NCBI GenBank assembly: GCA_963701945.1 | Contig: CAVPBV010000017.1 | Coordinates: 184,172 to 248,171, forward strand | DNA: 64,000 bases | From: an uncultured Solirubrobacterales bacterium | Lineage (GTDB): Bacteria > Actinomycetota > Thermoleophilia > Solirubrobacterales > Solirubrobacteraceae | Direction of reading: 5' to 3' | Part shown: one piece after another, positions 48,087-57,462 of the stretch | Layout of the letters: each line of letters begins with the position of its first letter | How positions within the stretch are numbered: position 1 is the first letter of the stretch | Position numbers and translations under genes: made by a program | The notes under the pieces: model-generated | What the model saw: only the letters and a program-made list of their open reading frames with translations | Told to the model about the DNA's origin: nothing | The model's database searches: none

Positions 48087-48704
48087 TTAGTCGATCATCA
48101 GGCTGAGTGCCTGCTCAGTGTCCAGCTGGTCACGAAGCCGCGCGAGGGCGCGCTGCCGAGTCGGGCCGATGCTTCCGATTGGTATGTCGAGCGCGGCCGC
48201 GATCTCCTCGTAGGGAGGACGCGGGTCCGCCGTCAACAGCCGAAGCAGCGCCTGGTCGGTCGCCCGGAGGCGAGAGAAACTGCGCCACAGTGCTTCGTCG
48301 CGCTCGGTGATCAGCAGCGTGTCGCCGGGCGGTGGCTCCGGTGACTCGGGCTCGGGACCGTCATCGCCGAAAAGGACGCGCCGCTCGCCGCCCCGCAGAA
48401 TCCGCAGGCACTCGCGACGAGCGGTGGTCGCGAGCCAGGCGCCGACCCCCGCTGGGTTGTTCAGCCGCGTGATGTGTTCGAGCAGCGCGAGCCACGTCGC
48501 CTGCGACACGTCGGCGGCATCGGCGTCGCCTAGGCGGTGGGCGCGGGCGATCGCCCAGATCATGCTCCCGAACTCCTGCACGAGCCGGTTCCAGGCGCTC
48601 TGGTCCCCCGCGCCGGCTGCGTTGACCAGAACGGTGATGGCTTCCCCGGAAAGGCGAGCACGGGCGGCGCGCGGCCTTGGGTTAGCCTGGACGGTGGCGG
48701 TCAT
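48087..48704 (-). CDS. ECF-type RNA polymerase sigma-70 factor
   Basis: AWNRLVQEF, DAADVSQATWL, WLATTARRECL (region 2) and YEEIAAALDIPIGSIGPTRQRAL (region 4). ATG 48704 has GGGGAG upstream. Confidence 0.9.
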   Translation of the reverse strand: MTATVQANPRPRAARARLSGEAITVLVNAAGAGDQSAWNRLVQEFGSMIWAIARAHRLGDADAADVSQATWLALLEHITRLNNPAGVGAWLATTARRECLRILRGGERRVLFGDDGPEPESPEPPPGDTLLITERDEALWRSFSRLRATDQALLRLLTADPRPPYEEIAAALDIPIGSIGPTRQRALARLRDQLDTEQALSLMID

Positions 48705-48832
48705 CGTTTGCGCTCCCCGGTCGTTGATCACGGGATGCAGGATCCGAGGTGGCGGTCACCGCCCGATCACCACCGGTCACTAATCGCTCACCGACTCGTG
48801 AACGCGGGCGGGACGATGGTTCGGGGCGCTCA

Positions 48833-48856
48833 GCGGACCCGGAGATCAGGGTCCGC
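48833..48856. other. Perfect inverted repeat upstream of the ECF sigma gene
   Basis: GCGGACCC-N8-GGGTCCGC. Confidence 0.4.
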
Positions 48857-49083
48857 GACCAGGCGCTTCGGAGTCGGCGCTTAAGGGTCTGGCGCTCGGG
48901 GCTCGGCGCTTAGCCGAGCGCCCGTTCCCCCGCCGGCCGCGGAGCGCTATTCGTGGCCACGGCTGCGGTAACGCGCGCGACCCGCTCGGCTGCCCCCAGG
49001 CCCATGTCGGGGCGCGCGCGTTACGTTGGTCAGAGTGCGGCGGGCGCTGGTTGATACATCGAGGCCGCGGAAGGGGCGCGGGT

Positions 49084-50625
49084 TCAGCCGAACTCGACGC
49101 CCTGCGCGAGCGGCAGTTCGTCGGAGTAGTTGATCGTGTTGGTGGCGCGGCGCATATATGCGCGCCAGGCGTCTGAGCCGGACTCGCGGCCGCCACCGGT
49201 GGACTTCTCGCCACCGAACGCGCCACCGATCTCGGCGCCCGAGGTGCCGATGTTGACGTTGACGATTCCGCAGTCGGAGCCGTCTGCGGCGAGGAAGCGC
49301 TCGGCCTCGCGCTGGTCTCGGGTGAAGATGCTCGACGACAGGCCTTGGGGCACGCCGTTGTGGAGCGCGATCGCTTCCTCGAGCGAGCGATAGGTCATCA
49401 CGTACAGGATCGGGGCGAACGTCTCGCGTCGGACGACGTCGGTCTGGCCGGGCATCCGGACGAGGGCCGGCTCGACGTAGTAGGCATCGGGAGCGCCGTC
49501 CACCGGGCGGCGTCCGCCGCCGACGACGATCTCGCCGCCGTCAGCCCGGGCCTCAGCGAGCGCGTCGACCATCGCGTGGTACGCGCGTTCGTTAATCAGC
49601 GGGCCGACGAGCGTTCCCTCGGCGGACGGGTCGCCGATCGACAACCGCCCGAATACATCGCGTAACCCGGCCACCAGCTCGTCCGCCACCTCGGAGTGAG
49701 CGATCACTCGGCGCAGGCTCGTGCATCGCTGCCCGGCGGTGCCGGCCGCCGCGAACACGATCCCGCGGGTGGCGAGCTCGAGATCGGCCGACGGCGCCAC
49801 CACGGCTGCGTTGTTGCCCCCGAGCTCGAGCAGGCACCGTCCAAGGCGAGCCGCGACGCGAGGCGCGACCTGCGCGCCCATGCGCTCCGATCCGGTGGCG
49901 CTCACGAGCGCGACGTCGGGGCTGTCGATCAGCGCCGCGCCGGCCTCGGCGTCGGCGACCACCAGCTGGTGCAGCCCAACCGGGGCGTCGCTCTCCGCGA
50001 CGGCGCGGTCGAGTACGGCGGCGCACACCATCGACGTCAGCGGCGTCATCGGCGAGGGCTTCCATACGACGCTGTCGCCGCACACGAGCGCGACCGCGGT
50101 GTTCCACGACCACACGGCCGCCGGGAAGTTGAACGCGGAGATGACGGCCACCACCCCGAGCGGGTGCCAGGTCTCCATCAGCCTGTGGCCGGGCCGCTCC
50201 GAAGGCATCGTGCGACCGTCGAGCTGGCGCGAGAGCCCTACAGCGAAGTCGCAGATGTCGATCATCTCCTGAACCTCGCCGAGGGCCTCGGACGGGATCT
50301 TCCCCGCCTCGATCGTGATCAGCTCGGCGATGTCGGCCTTGTGCTCGCCAAGCAGTGCGCCGAAGCGCTTGACGAGCGCGCCGCGCACCGGCGCCGGCAC
50401 CGTGCGCCACGTCGTGAACGCAGACTTGGCCGCGGCGATCGCGGCCACGATCTCGGCCTCGCCGGCCGCGGGGACCTCGAACAGGTCCTCTCCCGTGATC
50501 GGAGATCGTGCCATCACGGTCGGCCCGGGCAGCAGCACCGGGTCGGCGCCGCAGCGCTCGAGGCTCCGCCGTGCGCGCTCTGCGAGCTCACCGGTTAGGG
50601 AGACCGACATCGGCGCGGAGCTCAT
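49084..50625 (-). CDS. ALDH7/antiquitin-type aldehyde dehydrogenase (piperideine-6-carboxylate dehydrogenase-like)
   Basis: GEVQEMIDICDFAVGLSRQL, SAFNFP, LELGGNNA, GTAGQRCT, NIGTSGAEIGGAFGGEK and GGGRESGSDAW. The ATG overlaps the upstream stop. Confidence 0.92.
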   Translation of the reverse strand: MSSAPMSVSLTGELAERARRSLERCGADPVLLPGPTVMARSPITGEDLFEVPAAGEAEIVAAIAAAKSAFTTWRTVPAPVRGALVKRFGALLGEHKADIAELITIEAGKIPSEALGEVQEMIDICDFAVGLSRQLDGRTMPSERPGHRLMETWHPLGVVAVISAFNFPAAVWSWNTAVALVCGDSVVWKPSPMTPLTSMVCAAVLDRAVAESDAPVGLHQLVVADAEAGAALIDSPDVALVSATGSERMGAQVAPRVAARLGRCLLELGGNNAAVVAPSADLELATRGIVFAAAGTAGQRCTSLRRVIAHSEVADELVAGLRDVFGRLSIGDPSAEGTLVGPLINERAYHAMVDALAEARADGGEIVVGGGRRPVDGAPDAYYVEPALVRMPGQTDVVRRETFAPILYVMTYRSLEEAIALHNGVPQGLSSSIFTRDQREAERFLAADGSDCGIVNVNIGTSGAEIGGAFGGEKSTGGGRESGSDAWRAYMRRATNTINYSDELPLAQGVEFG

Positions 50626-52280
50626 GCGCGCCGGTACCACCGCGGCGACGTGGTCGGGGGTGGCTTCAACGCCGCGCGCACGATCAGCATCTCGGGCCCG
50701 TCGCTCGCGATCGACCGCCTCAGCTCCTGCTCGAACTCGGGCCCGAAGCCCTCGATCGTCGTCGCCGGCACCCCGAACGAAGCCGCGAACGCGCGGAAGT
50801 CCGGCTGCACGAGATCGACCCCGAAAGGCTCCTCGCCCGATTGCACCTGGTCGAAACGCAGCATGCCGTAGCCGCCGTCCTCGACGAGCACGATCGTCAG
50901 CGGAATCTGGGCCTCGACGGCCGTCGCGAGCTCGCCGCACGCGTACATGAAGCCGCCGTCTCCGACCACGCACACGGTCGGGCCGGCGCCGGCCAGAGCG
51001 GCCCCGAGCGAGGCCGGGAACCCAAACCCGAGCGTGCCCCAGCCCAGCGGGTAGCCGAGCTTGCGCGGTTGCGGCACCTGCCAGTAGCCCCCGAGCCAGT
51101 AGCCCGGAATGCACATGTCGGTGACCACGACCGCATCGGGCGGGAGGGCGCGGTGGATGATCTCGAGGAAACGCGCGGCCTGCGGTTCGTCGCGTTCGAC
51201 CCAGCTAGCCACCGCGGTCCCGATCTCGGGCAACCGATGCTCGAGCTCCGGGAGCCCTCCGCGCGGTTCGACGCGTGGCAGCAGATCCTCGACCACGACG
51301 CGCGCGTCACCCACGAGCGTGACGTCGGACGCGTAGCTCTTGTTCGCCTCGGCCTCGTCGACGTTGACGCTGATCAACGTCGGCGGCTGGGGCATCTGCC
51401 AGTTCTGGGTGTTCGTGCCGTCGAAGTCGGTACCGATCGCGAGCACGACGTCGGCCTCGTCCCACAACGCGCCGACCTCGGGGGCGTGAGCAGGTCCCGG
51501 GACCGCGCAAGGGTGATCGGGCGCGAGCAGTCCGCGACCCATGAAGGTCGTGATTACCGGCGCGGCCAGCTTCAGCGCGAGCTCGCCCACTGCGGCCCCC
51601 GCGCCGGCGCGGAGCGCCCCGCCTCCGGCCCAGATCAGCGGACGCTGAGCGCTGGCAAGGAGCTCGCAGGCCGTGTCGATGTCGGCGCGCGGAGGCCCCG
51701 AAGCGCCGGGCCGGGGGGTCGTCACCGCGAACGCGTGCGGCCCAACCTCCTCTGAGAGCAGGTTGGTCGGGATGCCGAGGTAGACGGGTCCGGTCGGCGC
51801 GCAGAGCGCCATCTGTCCGGACTCGAACACCGCCTCGGCGATCTCCTCGGCGCCGGCGACTAGCCGCGCGGCCTTCGTGACCGGCACGAACATCGCGGTC
51901 TGGTCGCGGGTCTCGTGGAGCGTGCCTCGATACACACCTTCGCGGCGAACCGCCGTGGAGATGTCGGTGGCGATGACCAGCACTGGGGAGCCGGCCGCCA
52001 TCGCCTCGCCGGTGCCCCCGAGCGTGTTCGCCGCCCCGGGCCCGGTGGTCACGAGCGCGACGCCGAGCCGGCCCGTGGCGCGCGCGTATCCGTCGGCGGC
52101 GTACGCGGCGGTCTGCTCGTGCCGAACGCCGACGAGCCGGATCTGCGACTCGAACAGCGCCTTCCAGATCGGGAGGTTGTGAACTCCGGGCAGCCCGAAC
52201 ACGAGCTCGACCCCGAGCCGCTCGAGCATCTCGACGAGGCTCGCCGCGCCTGTCTGAGTTGGTGTCGCTATCTCGACCAT
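50622..52280 (-). CDS. Thiamine-pyrophosphate-dependent enzyme (acetolactate synthase / 2-oxoacid decarboxylase family)
   Basis: FGLPGVHN, RHEQTAAYAADGYAR, TTGPGAAN and the TPP motif GDGGF..YGML. Confidence 0.9.
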   Translation of the reverse strand: MVEIATPTQTGAASLVEMLERLGVELVFGLPGVHNLPIWKALFESQIRLVGVRHEQTAAYAADGYARATGRLGVALVTTGPGAANTLGGTGEAMAAGSPVLVIATDISTAVRREGVYRGTLHETRDQTAMFVPVTKAARLVAGAEEIAEAVFESGQMALCAPTGPVYLGIPTNLLSEEVGPHAFAVTTPRPGASGPPRADIDTACELLASAQRPLIWAGGGALRAGAGAAVGELALKLAAPVITTFMGRGLLAPDHPCAVPGPAHAPEVGALWDEADVVLAIGTDFDGTNTQNWQMPQPPTLISVNVDEAEANKSYASDVTLVGDARVVVEDLLPRVEPRGGLPELEHRLPEIGTAVASWVERDEPQAARFLEIIHRALPPDAVVVTDMCIPGYWLGGYWQVPQPRKLGYPLGWGTLGFGFPASLGAALAGAGPTVCVVGDGGFMYACGELATAVEAQIPLTIVLVEDGGYGMLRFDQVQSGEEPFGVDLVQPDFRAFAASFGVPATTIEGFGPEFEQELRRSIASDGPEMLIVRAALKPPPTTSPRWYRRA

Positions 52281-52290
52281 GAGCGTATTC

Positions 52291-53460
52291 CTAGACGATG
52301 TTGTACTCCGGGCGCAGCGCGGCGGCGTCGAAGCGCTCGACGCTCAGCGGCGAGACGTCGACAAACGTCGGGCGACGCAGGACCATGTCGCGCAGGATCT
52401 CACCGACCGCGGGACCCTGCAGGAATCCGTGGCCGGAGAACCCGGTCGCGTAGAGGAATCGCGACACGCCGGTGGCCTCGCCGATGATCGCGTTGTGGTC
52501 AGGCGTCATCTCGTACAGCCCGGCCCATCCGCCGCGAATCCCGACGTCGGCGATCCGGGGCGCTCGCCGGCGCACGACGTCCATCAGGCGGGGGATCCAC
52601 TCATCGGACGTCTCGACGCTGAAGCCCGGCGTCTCGCCCGGATCGGACATCCCCATCAGCAGCCCCGGGCCTTCGCGATGGAAGTAGAAGCTCGTCTCGA
52701 AATCGATCGTCATGGGCAGGTCCGCGGGCAGTCCGTCGATCGCCTCGGTGAACAGGATCTGCCGCCGCACAGGGGTCACAGGCAGCTCGACCCCGACCAT
52801 CGCGCCGCACGCTCGCGACCAGGCGCCGGCGGCGCAGATCACGGCCCCCGTCCTGATCGCACCGTCGCTCGTGACGACCTCCCGAATCTGACCACGGTCG
52901 TCGACACTGATCGCGACGACCTCGCAGCCGACGCGGATGTGAGCACCGTGGGTGCGGGCGGCGAATGCGTACCCCTGAACCACGCCCTCGGGCGTCGCGT
53001 GGCCGTCCCCGGGGGAGAACGCCCCCGCGAGCACGTCGTCGCCCGCGAGCAGCGGGCAAAGCGAGCGCGTCTCGCCGGCGGTCAGGATCCGCGAATCCAG
53101 ACCCAGCTGGTTCTGCAGCGCCACGCTGCGCGCGAACTCCTCGACGTCAGACGGGCGCGTGAGCACGAACAGGTAGCCGACCAGCTTGAGGTCGATCTCC
53201 CAGCCGGGCCGTCGTCCGAAGTCGCGAAAGGCATCGAGGCTCCGCTTGGCGATCTCGATGTTGAGGACGTCCGAGAACTGCGTGCGGACACCGCCGGCGG
53301 CCTTGCTGGTCGAGCCGCCGCCGAGCGCCGCGCGCTCGATCAGCACAACGTCCGCGCCGGCCTCGGCCAGATGAAAGGCAGCACTGGTGCCGATCACGCC
53401 GCCGCCGACGATGACCACGGACGCGGACTTCGGGAGCGGTGACGGGCGGCGGGGCATCAC
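52291..53460 (-). CDS. FAD-dependent amine oxidase (DAO / sarcosine oxidase beta-like)
   Basis: IVGGGVIG, GSTSKAAGG, WAGLYEMTPDH and ATGFSGHGF. Confidence 0.88.
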   Translation of the reverse strand: MMPRRPSPLPKSASVVIVGGGVIGTSAAFHLAEAGADVVLIERAALGGGSTSKAAGGVRTQFSDVLNIEIAKRSLDAFRDFGRRPGWEIDLKLVGYLFVLTRPSDVEEFARSVALQNQLGLDSRILTAGETRSLCPLLAGDDVLAGAFSPGDGHATPEGVVQGYAFAARTHGAHIRVGCEVVAISVDDRGQIREVVTSDGAIRTGAVICAAGAWSRACGAMVGVELPVTPVRRQILFTEAIDGLPADLPMTIDFETSFYFHREGPGLLMGMSDPGETPGFSVETSDEWIPRLMDVVRRRAPRIADVGIRGGWAGLYEMTPDHNAIIGEATGVSRFLYATGFSGHGFLQGPAVGEILRDMVLRRPTFVDVSPLSVERFDAAALRPEYNIV

Positions 53461-53661
53461 TTGGGCATCATGGGTCGCACGAGCAACAGAGCCATTGAAT
53501 CTTTTCCCGCGGGGCGCCGCGGTCGGGCGATAATCGCGTGGCCGGGGTTGGGCACCATGGCTGCATACGGGTGTGCGAGGGCGAAGGGCTGACTGCGGGC
53601 GACCTCCTCGGTTTCAGTGATCCGGGCCCGGGCCACGTCCAACAGCGTGAAAGGACCGGGA

Positions 53662-54150
53662 ATGACAGATCAGCGGGCGCAAGAGGTCGAGGACCCTCGC
53701 GAAGCAGGGCCCGCCTGGGACCGGCTGGAAGATCAGGCCAAGTACTACGGCCGTGGTAGTGCGACCAACAAGCGCTGGTATACCAGGCTCAAGATCGTGC
53801 AACTCGTGTGTGCCGCCGCGGTGCCGGTGGCGGCGAGCGTTCATGCTCCGGTTTGGGTGACAGGAGGCCTCGGCGCGGTGGTGGTTGTCGTCGAGGGAAT
53901 CCAGCAACTCGGGCAGTATCAGGCGAACTGGATCAATTACAGGTCGACGGCCGAGTCTCTGAAGCACGAGAAGTTTCTGTACCTCTCGGGTGCGGGGCCC
54001 TACCAGGGAAACGACGATGACAAACGCCTGCTGGCCGAGCGGACCGAGGCGCTGATCTCGCAGGAGAACACGACGTGGACCTCAGGGCAGCAGCAGGCGA
54101 CTCATCAGGACCGCCAGCAGACAGCAGGTCGGGGCCAGGGCGCAGCATGA
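53662..54150 (+). CDS. SLATT-type (DUF4231-like) two-TM protein
   Basis: RLEDQ..YY, two hydrophobic helices, then NWINYRSTAESLKHEKFLY..GAGPY. Confidence 0.8.
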   Translation: MTDQRAQEVEDPREAGPAWDRLEDQAKYYGRGSATNKRWYTRLKIVQLVCAAAVPVAASVHAPVWVTGGLGAVVVVVEGIQQLGQYQANWINYRSTAESLKHEKFLYLSGAGPYQGNDDDKRLLAERTEALISQENTTWTSGQQQATHQDRQQTAGRGQGAA

Positions 54151-54177
54151 TGGAATAGGGGATAAGGAGGTGAGGGT

Positions 54178-55374
54178 ATGACTGATCAGTCGAACGACCG
54201 GTGGCGCCTATGGGGACCGCTCGCGGATCGCTACCACGAGCCGCGGCCGCGCAAGATACTCGCGCTCGATGGGGGTGGAATCCGCGGCGTGATCACGCTT
54301 GGAGTCCTGAAGCGACTCGAAGACGAACTGCGGAGCGCGCGTGGCGGAGACCCGGAGTTCACACTGTCTGACTTCTTCGATCTGATCGGCGGCACCAGTA
54401 CCGGCGCGATCATCGCCACCGGGCTCGCGCTCGGCATGTCCGTCGAGGACATCACGAGCTTCTACCACGAGTTCGGCAGCAAGGCGTTCGAGCGGCGTAA
54501 GCCGTGGATGCTGTGGCAATCTCTGTACGGCGACGGACCGCTCGCCAAGACGCTCCAAAGCAAGTTCGGCGAACACAAAAACCTCAGCCCCGAGCATCTG
54601 CATTGCCTGCTGACCGTGGTGACGCGGAACCTGACGACTGACTCGGCCTGGCCGGTCAGCTCGAACCCGGCGGCTTTGTTCAACGATCCCGACCTCGACG
54701 ACTGCAATCTGAAAATCGAACTCTGGCGGCTCGTCCGGGCCAGCACCGCCGCGCCGGTGTTCTTCCCTCCGGAAGTGATCTCCCTGAATCCGGCCGACCC
54801 ATCGAAATCGTTCGTGTTCGTCGACGGCGGGACGACGGCCTACAACAACCCGGCCTTCCTGCTGTTCAAGATGGCCACCGAGCCGGCCTACCGGCTGGGT
54901 TGGGCAAGGGGCGAGCGCAACCTCCTGATCGTCTCGGTTGGGACCGGAGGCGCGCCGGTGCTCGGTGGGACCGCGGAGGATCCGAGTACGAACCTGATCG
55001 AAGCCGCCAGCAACACCCTGTCGGCGCTGATGACACAGATCTCGGTCGACCAGGACGTCAGCTGCCGGGTCGTGGGGCGGTGCACCTACGGTGGTGTGAT
55101 CGACCTCGAGGTACGCGACCTCATCCCGGTCGACCCGGTCATTCCCGACAAGCCGCTGTCGCTGGAAACCGATCTCGGCAAGGCATTCCTGTACGTGCGC
55201 TACAACGCCGAGCTGACGCCAGCCGGACTCGAGGAGTTGGGGCTTGGAGAGCTCGACGCGAAACGGATGCAGAAGATGGACGCTGTCGGCAACATTGACG
55301 ACCTGACGAAGATCGGCGCCTCGCTTGGAGACAGAGTCAACCTCGAGCACCTCGGCCACTTCGCTACGTCATGA
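54178..55374 (+). CDS. Patatin-like phospholipase (CapV-like)
   Basis: Oxyanion loop LALDGGGIRG, nucleophile GGTSTG, RASTAAP, catalytic FVDGG and NNPA. Strong AAGGAGG RBS. Confidence 0.92.
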   Translation: MTDQSNDRWRLWGPLADRYHEPRPRKILALDGGGIRGVITLGVLKRLEDELRSARGGDPEFTLSDFFDLIGGTSTGAIIATGLALGMSVEDITSFYHEFGSKAFERRKPWMLWQSLYGDGPLAKTLQSKFGEHKNLSPEHLHCLLTVVTRNLTTDSAWPVSSNPAALFNDPDLDDCNLKIELWRLVRASTAAPVFFPPEVISLNPADPSKSFVFVDGGTTAYNNPAFLLFKMATEPAYRLGWARGERNLLIVSVGTGGAPVLGGTAEDPSTNLIEAASNTLSALMTQISVDQDVSCRVVGRCTYGGVIDLEVRDLIPVDPVIPDKPLSLETDLGKAFLYVRYNAELTPAGLEELGLGELDAKRMQKMDAVGNIDDLTKIGASLGDRVNLEHLGHFATS

Positions 55375-57416
55375 GCACCGAACGCGCCTTCATCGTCCGG
55401 CCGTTCGGCACCAAAGAAGGGATCGACTTCAACCGCGTCAACGATGAGTTGATCTCGCCGGTGCTTGAGCGGCTGAAGATCGAAGGCGGGACGACCGAGC
55501 TGATCGCCCGGGCGGGGAACATTCGCGCCGACATGTTCGAGCGGCTGGCGCTGGCCGACATCGTTATCGCCGACATTTCGATCGACAATGCGAACGTGTT
55601 CTATGAACTCGGGATACGGCACTCGCTGCGCCCGCGGACCACGGTCCTCATCCGCGCGCGGTCGAAGACCCGCTCGCGGGGCAAAGAGGTTCCGTTCGAC
55701 CTGAAAACCGACCGTTACCTCGAGTACAGCACGGACGACCCTGGTGCGGCGCAGGAGCAGTTGCACAGGGCGCTTGAGCAGTCGCTCACCGCCAGGCACG
55801 ATGACAGTCCCGTTTTTCTTCTGGTTCCGGGGCTCGAACCGACCGACCCCGAGCGTCTTTACCCGGTCCCGCCCGGGTTCGTCGAGGAGGTCGTGACCGC
55901 ACGGCGTTTGAAGGACCGGCCGATGCTGGCCGTGCTAGCTGACGAAGCGGGCGATGTCGAATGGGGCCTCGGCGGCCTGAGGCTCGTCGCCCGCGCACAG
56001 TTCGCGCTCAAGGCCTGGCTCGACGCGCGCGCGACTTGCGAGGCGATCCGTGAGATCCGGCCGGACGACCCGGAGGCGAACCTGATGCTCGGCACGGTTT
56101 TCATCCAACTCGACTCCGAGGCGGAGTCCGAGGCCGCGTTGGACCGAGTCATCGGCCAGCCGGGCCTCTCCGCGCGGGACGAGGCCGAGGCCCTCGCGCT
56201 GCTGGGGCGTAATGCCAAGAATCTCTGGGTGCGAGATTGGGACGATGTCGCGCCGGACGCCAAGCACGCGGCGGCGCTGCGCTCACCGCACCTCGAAACC
56301 GCCCGGACCTACTACGACCAGGCGTTCTCGATCGATCAGAACCATTGGTACCCGGGGATCAACGCTCTCGCGCTGTTCGCGGTGACGGCGCGGCTGATCG
56401 AACAGGAGCCGGACGTCTGGGGCGAGCGGTTCGACGACGACGACAAGGCGAGGATCGCGGCGAGCGAGCTCACGCGCGGACGGGATGAGCTGGCCGGGGC
56501 GGTCGGCCGCTCTCTGTCCGCTGAGGCCTTCCGCAAGCAGCGCCGAGGTGAGCCCGAGGACATCTGGGCGATGTTCACGCGGGCTGACCTGCGGTTGCTA
56601 ACGTCCGACCGGCCAAACTATGTCGCGGCCGCATACGACCAGGCGCGCGCCGCGGCCACGGACCAGGAGATGCCATTTGCGATCTCCTCGGCCGCGGCGC
56701 AGATCGACCTGTACCGGCGGCTCGGGATCTTCACCGACAACGTGAACGCCGCGCTGAAGGCACTGGACGCGCCGGCGGACGAAGGCTCTCGGGCACCGGC
56801 GCCAGTGCGGTCGCGAGTCATCGTCTTCTCGGGGCATCGCATCGATGCGCGCGGCCGCGAGAACCCGCGGTTCCCGGCATCGAGCGAAGGAAAGGCGCGG
56901 GAAATGATCCGGCAGGCGGTCCTCGCGGAGCAGGCTCAGGCCGAGTCGCGGCCCGTGATCGGATTCGCCGCCGGCGCAAGCGGTGGCGACATCCTGTTCC
57001 ACGAGATCTGCGCGGAGCTTGGCGTTTCGACCACGCTTCTGCTCCCGCTACCCCCTGCTGAGTTCGCCACCAGCTCAGTCGCGGACGCCGGAGCCGAATG
57101 GATAAACCGATTTGAGCAGTTGACCGAGCGCGTTCCGGTCAAGCATCTCACCGGTCTTCCGGACTGGATGGCGGAGAATGACAGTTACACGATCTGGCAG
57201 CGCGGCAACCGCTGGATCCTTCACACTGCGCTGTCCCTGGCCGACGCCGATATCACCCTCATCGTGCTGTGGGACGGCAAGGGTGGCGATGGACCGGGTG
57301 GGACCGAGAATATGGTCGAGCTGGCGAAGTCGCGCCACGTGAAGACCGTCTGCCTGCCGGCGTCGGAGTTGGTCGCGCCGACCGGCAGTGACCCGACGCG
57401 GAACGGCGCCGGTTGA
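55371..57416 (+). CDS. Deoxyribohydrolase/TIR-like domain + TPR (DUF4071/ASK-like) + SLOG-like domain protein
   Basis: N-terminal: FIVRPFG..ADIVIADISIDNANVFYELGIRH..PFD. Middle: TPR-like helices (LLGRNAK, YYDQAF, YPGINAL). C-terminal: VFSGHRID..RFP..GASGGDILF..WDGKGGDGPGGT. Overlaps patatin by 4 bp. Confidence 0.75.
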   Translation: MSTERAFIVRPFGTKEGIDFNRVNDELISPVLERLKIEGGTTELIARAGNIRADMFERLALADIVIADISIDNANVFYELGIRHSLRPRTTVLIRARSKTRSRGKEVPFDLKTDRYLEYSTDDPGAAQEQLHRALEQSLTARHDDSPVFLLVPGLEPTDPERLYPVPPGFVEEVVTARRLKDRPMLAVLADEAGDVEWGLGGLRLVARAQFALKAWLDARATCEAIREIRPDDPEANLMLGTVFIQLDSEAESEAALDRVIGQPGLSARDEAEALALLGRNAKNLWVRDWDDVAPDAKHAAALRSPHLETARTYYDQAFSIDQNHWYPGINALALFAVTARLIEQEPDVWGERFDDDDKARIAASELTRGRDELAGAVGRSLSAEAFRKQRRGEPEDIWAMFTRADLRLLTSDRPNYVAAAYDQARAAATDQEMPFAISSAAAQIDLYRRLGIFTDNVNAALKALDAPADEGSRAPAPVRSRVIVFSGHRIDARGRENPRFPASSEGKAREMIRQAVLAEQAQAESRPVIGFAAGASGGDILFHEICAELGVSTTLLLPLPPAEFATSSVADAGAEWINRFEQLTERVPVKHLTGLPDWMAENDSYTIWQRGNRWILHTALSLADADITLIVLWDGKGGDGPGGTENMVELAKSRHVKTVCLPASELVAPTGSDPTRNGAG

Positions 57417-57462
57417 GAGCTGGCGCCTCGCTGCGACGCGAGGCCCACATCGAGGGCGTTTA

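Noticed and set aside
54178-55374. Calling the patatin locus a CBASS system
   Set aside because: No CD-NTase motif (GS..x..DxD nucleotidyltransferase) and no Cap2/Cap3 genes are adjacent. It is reported instead as a cyclase-less candidate system.
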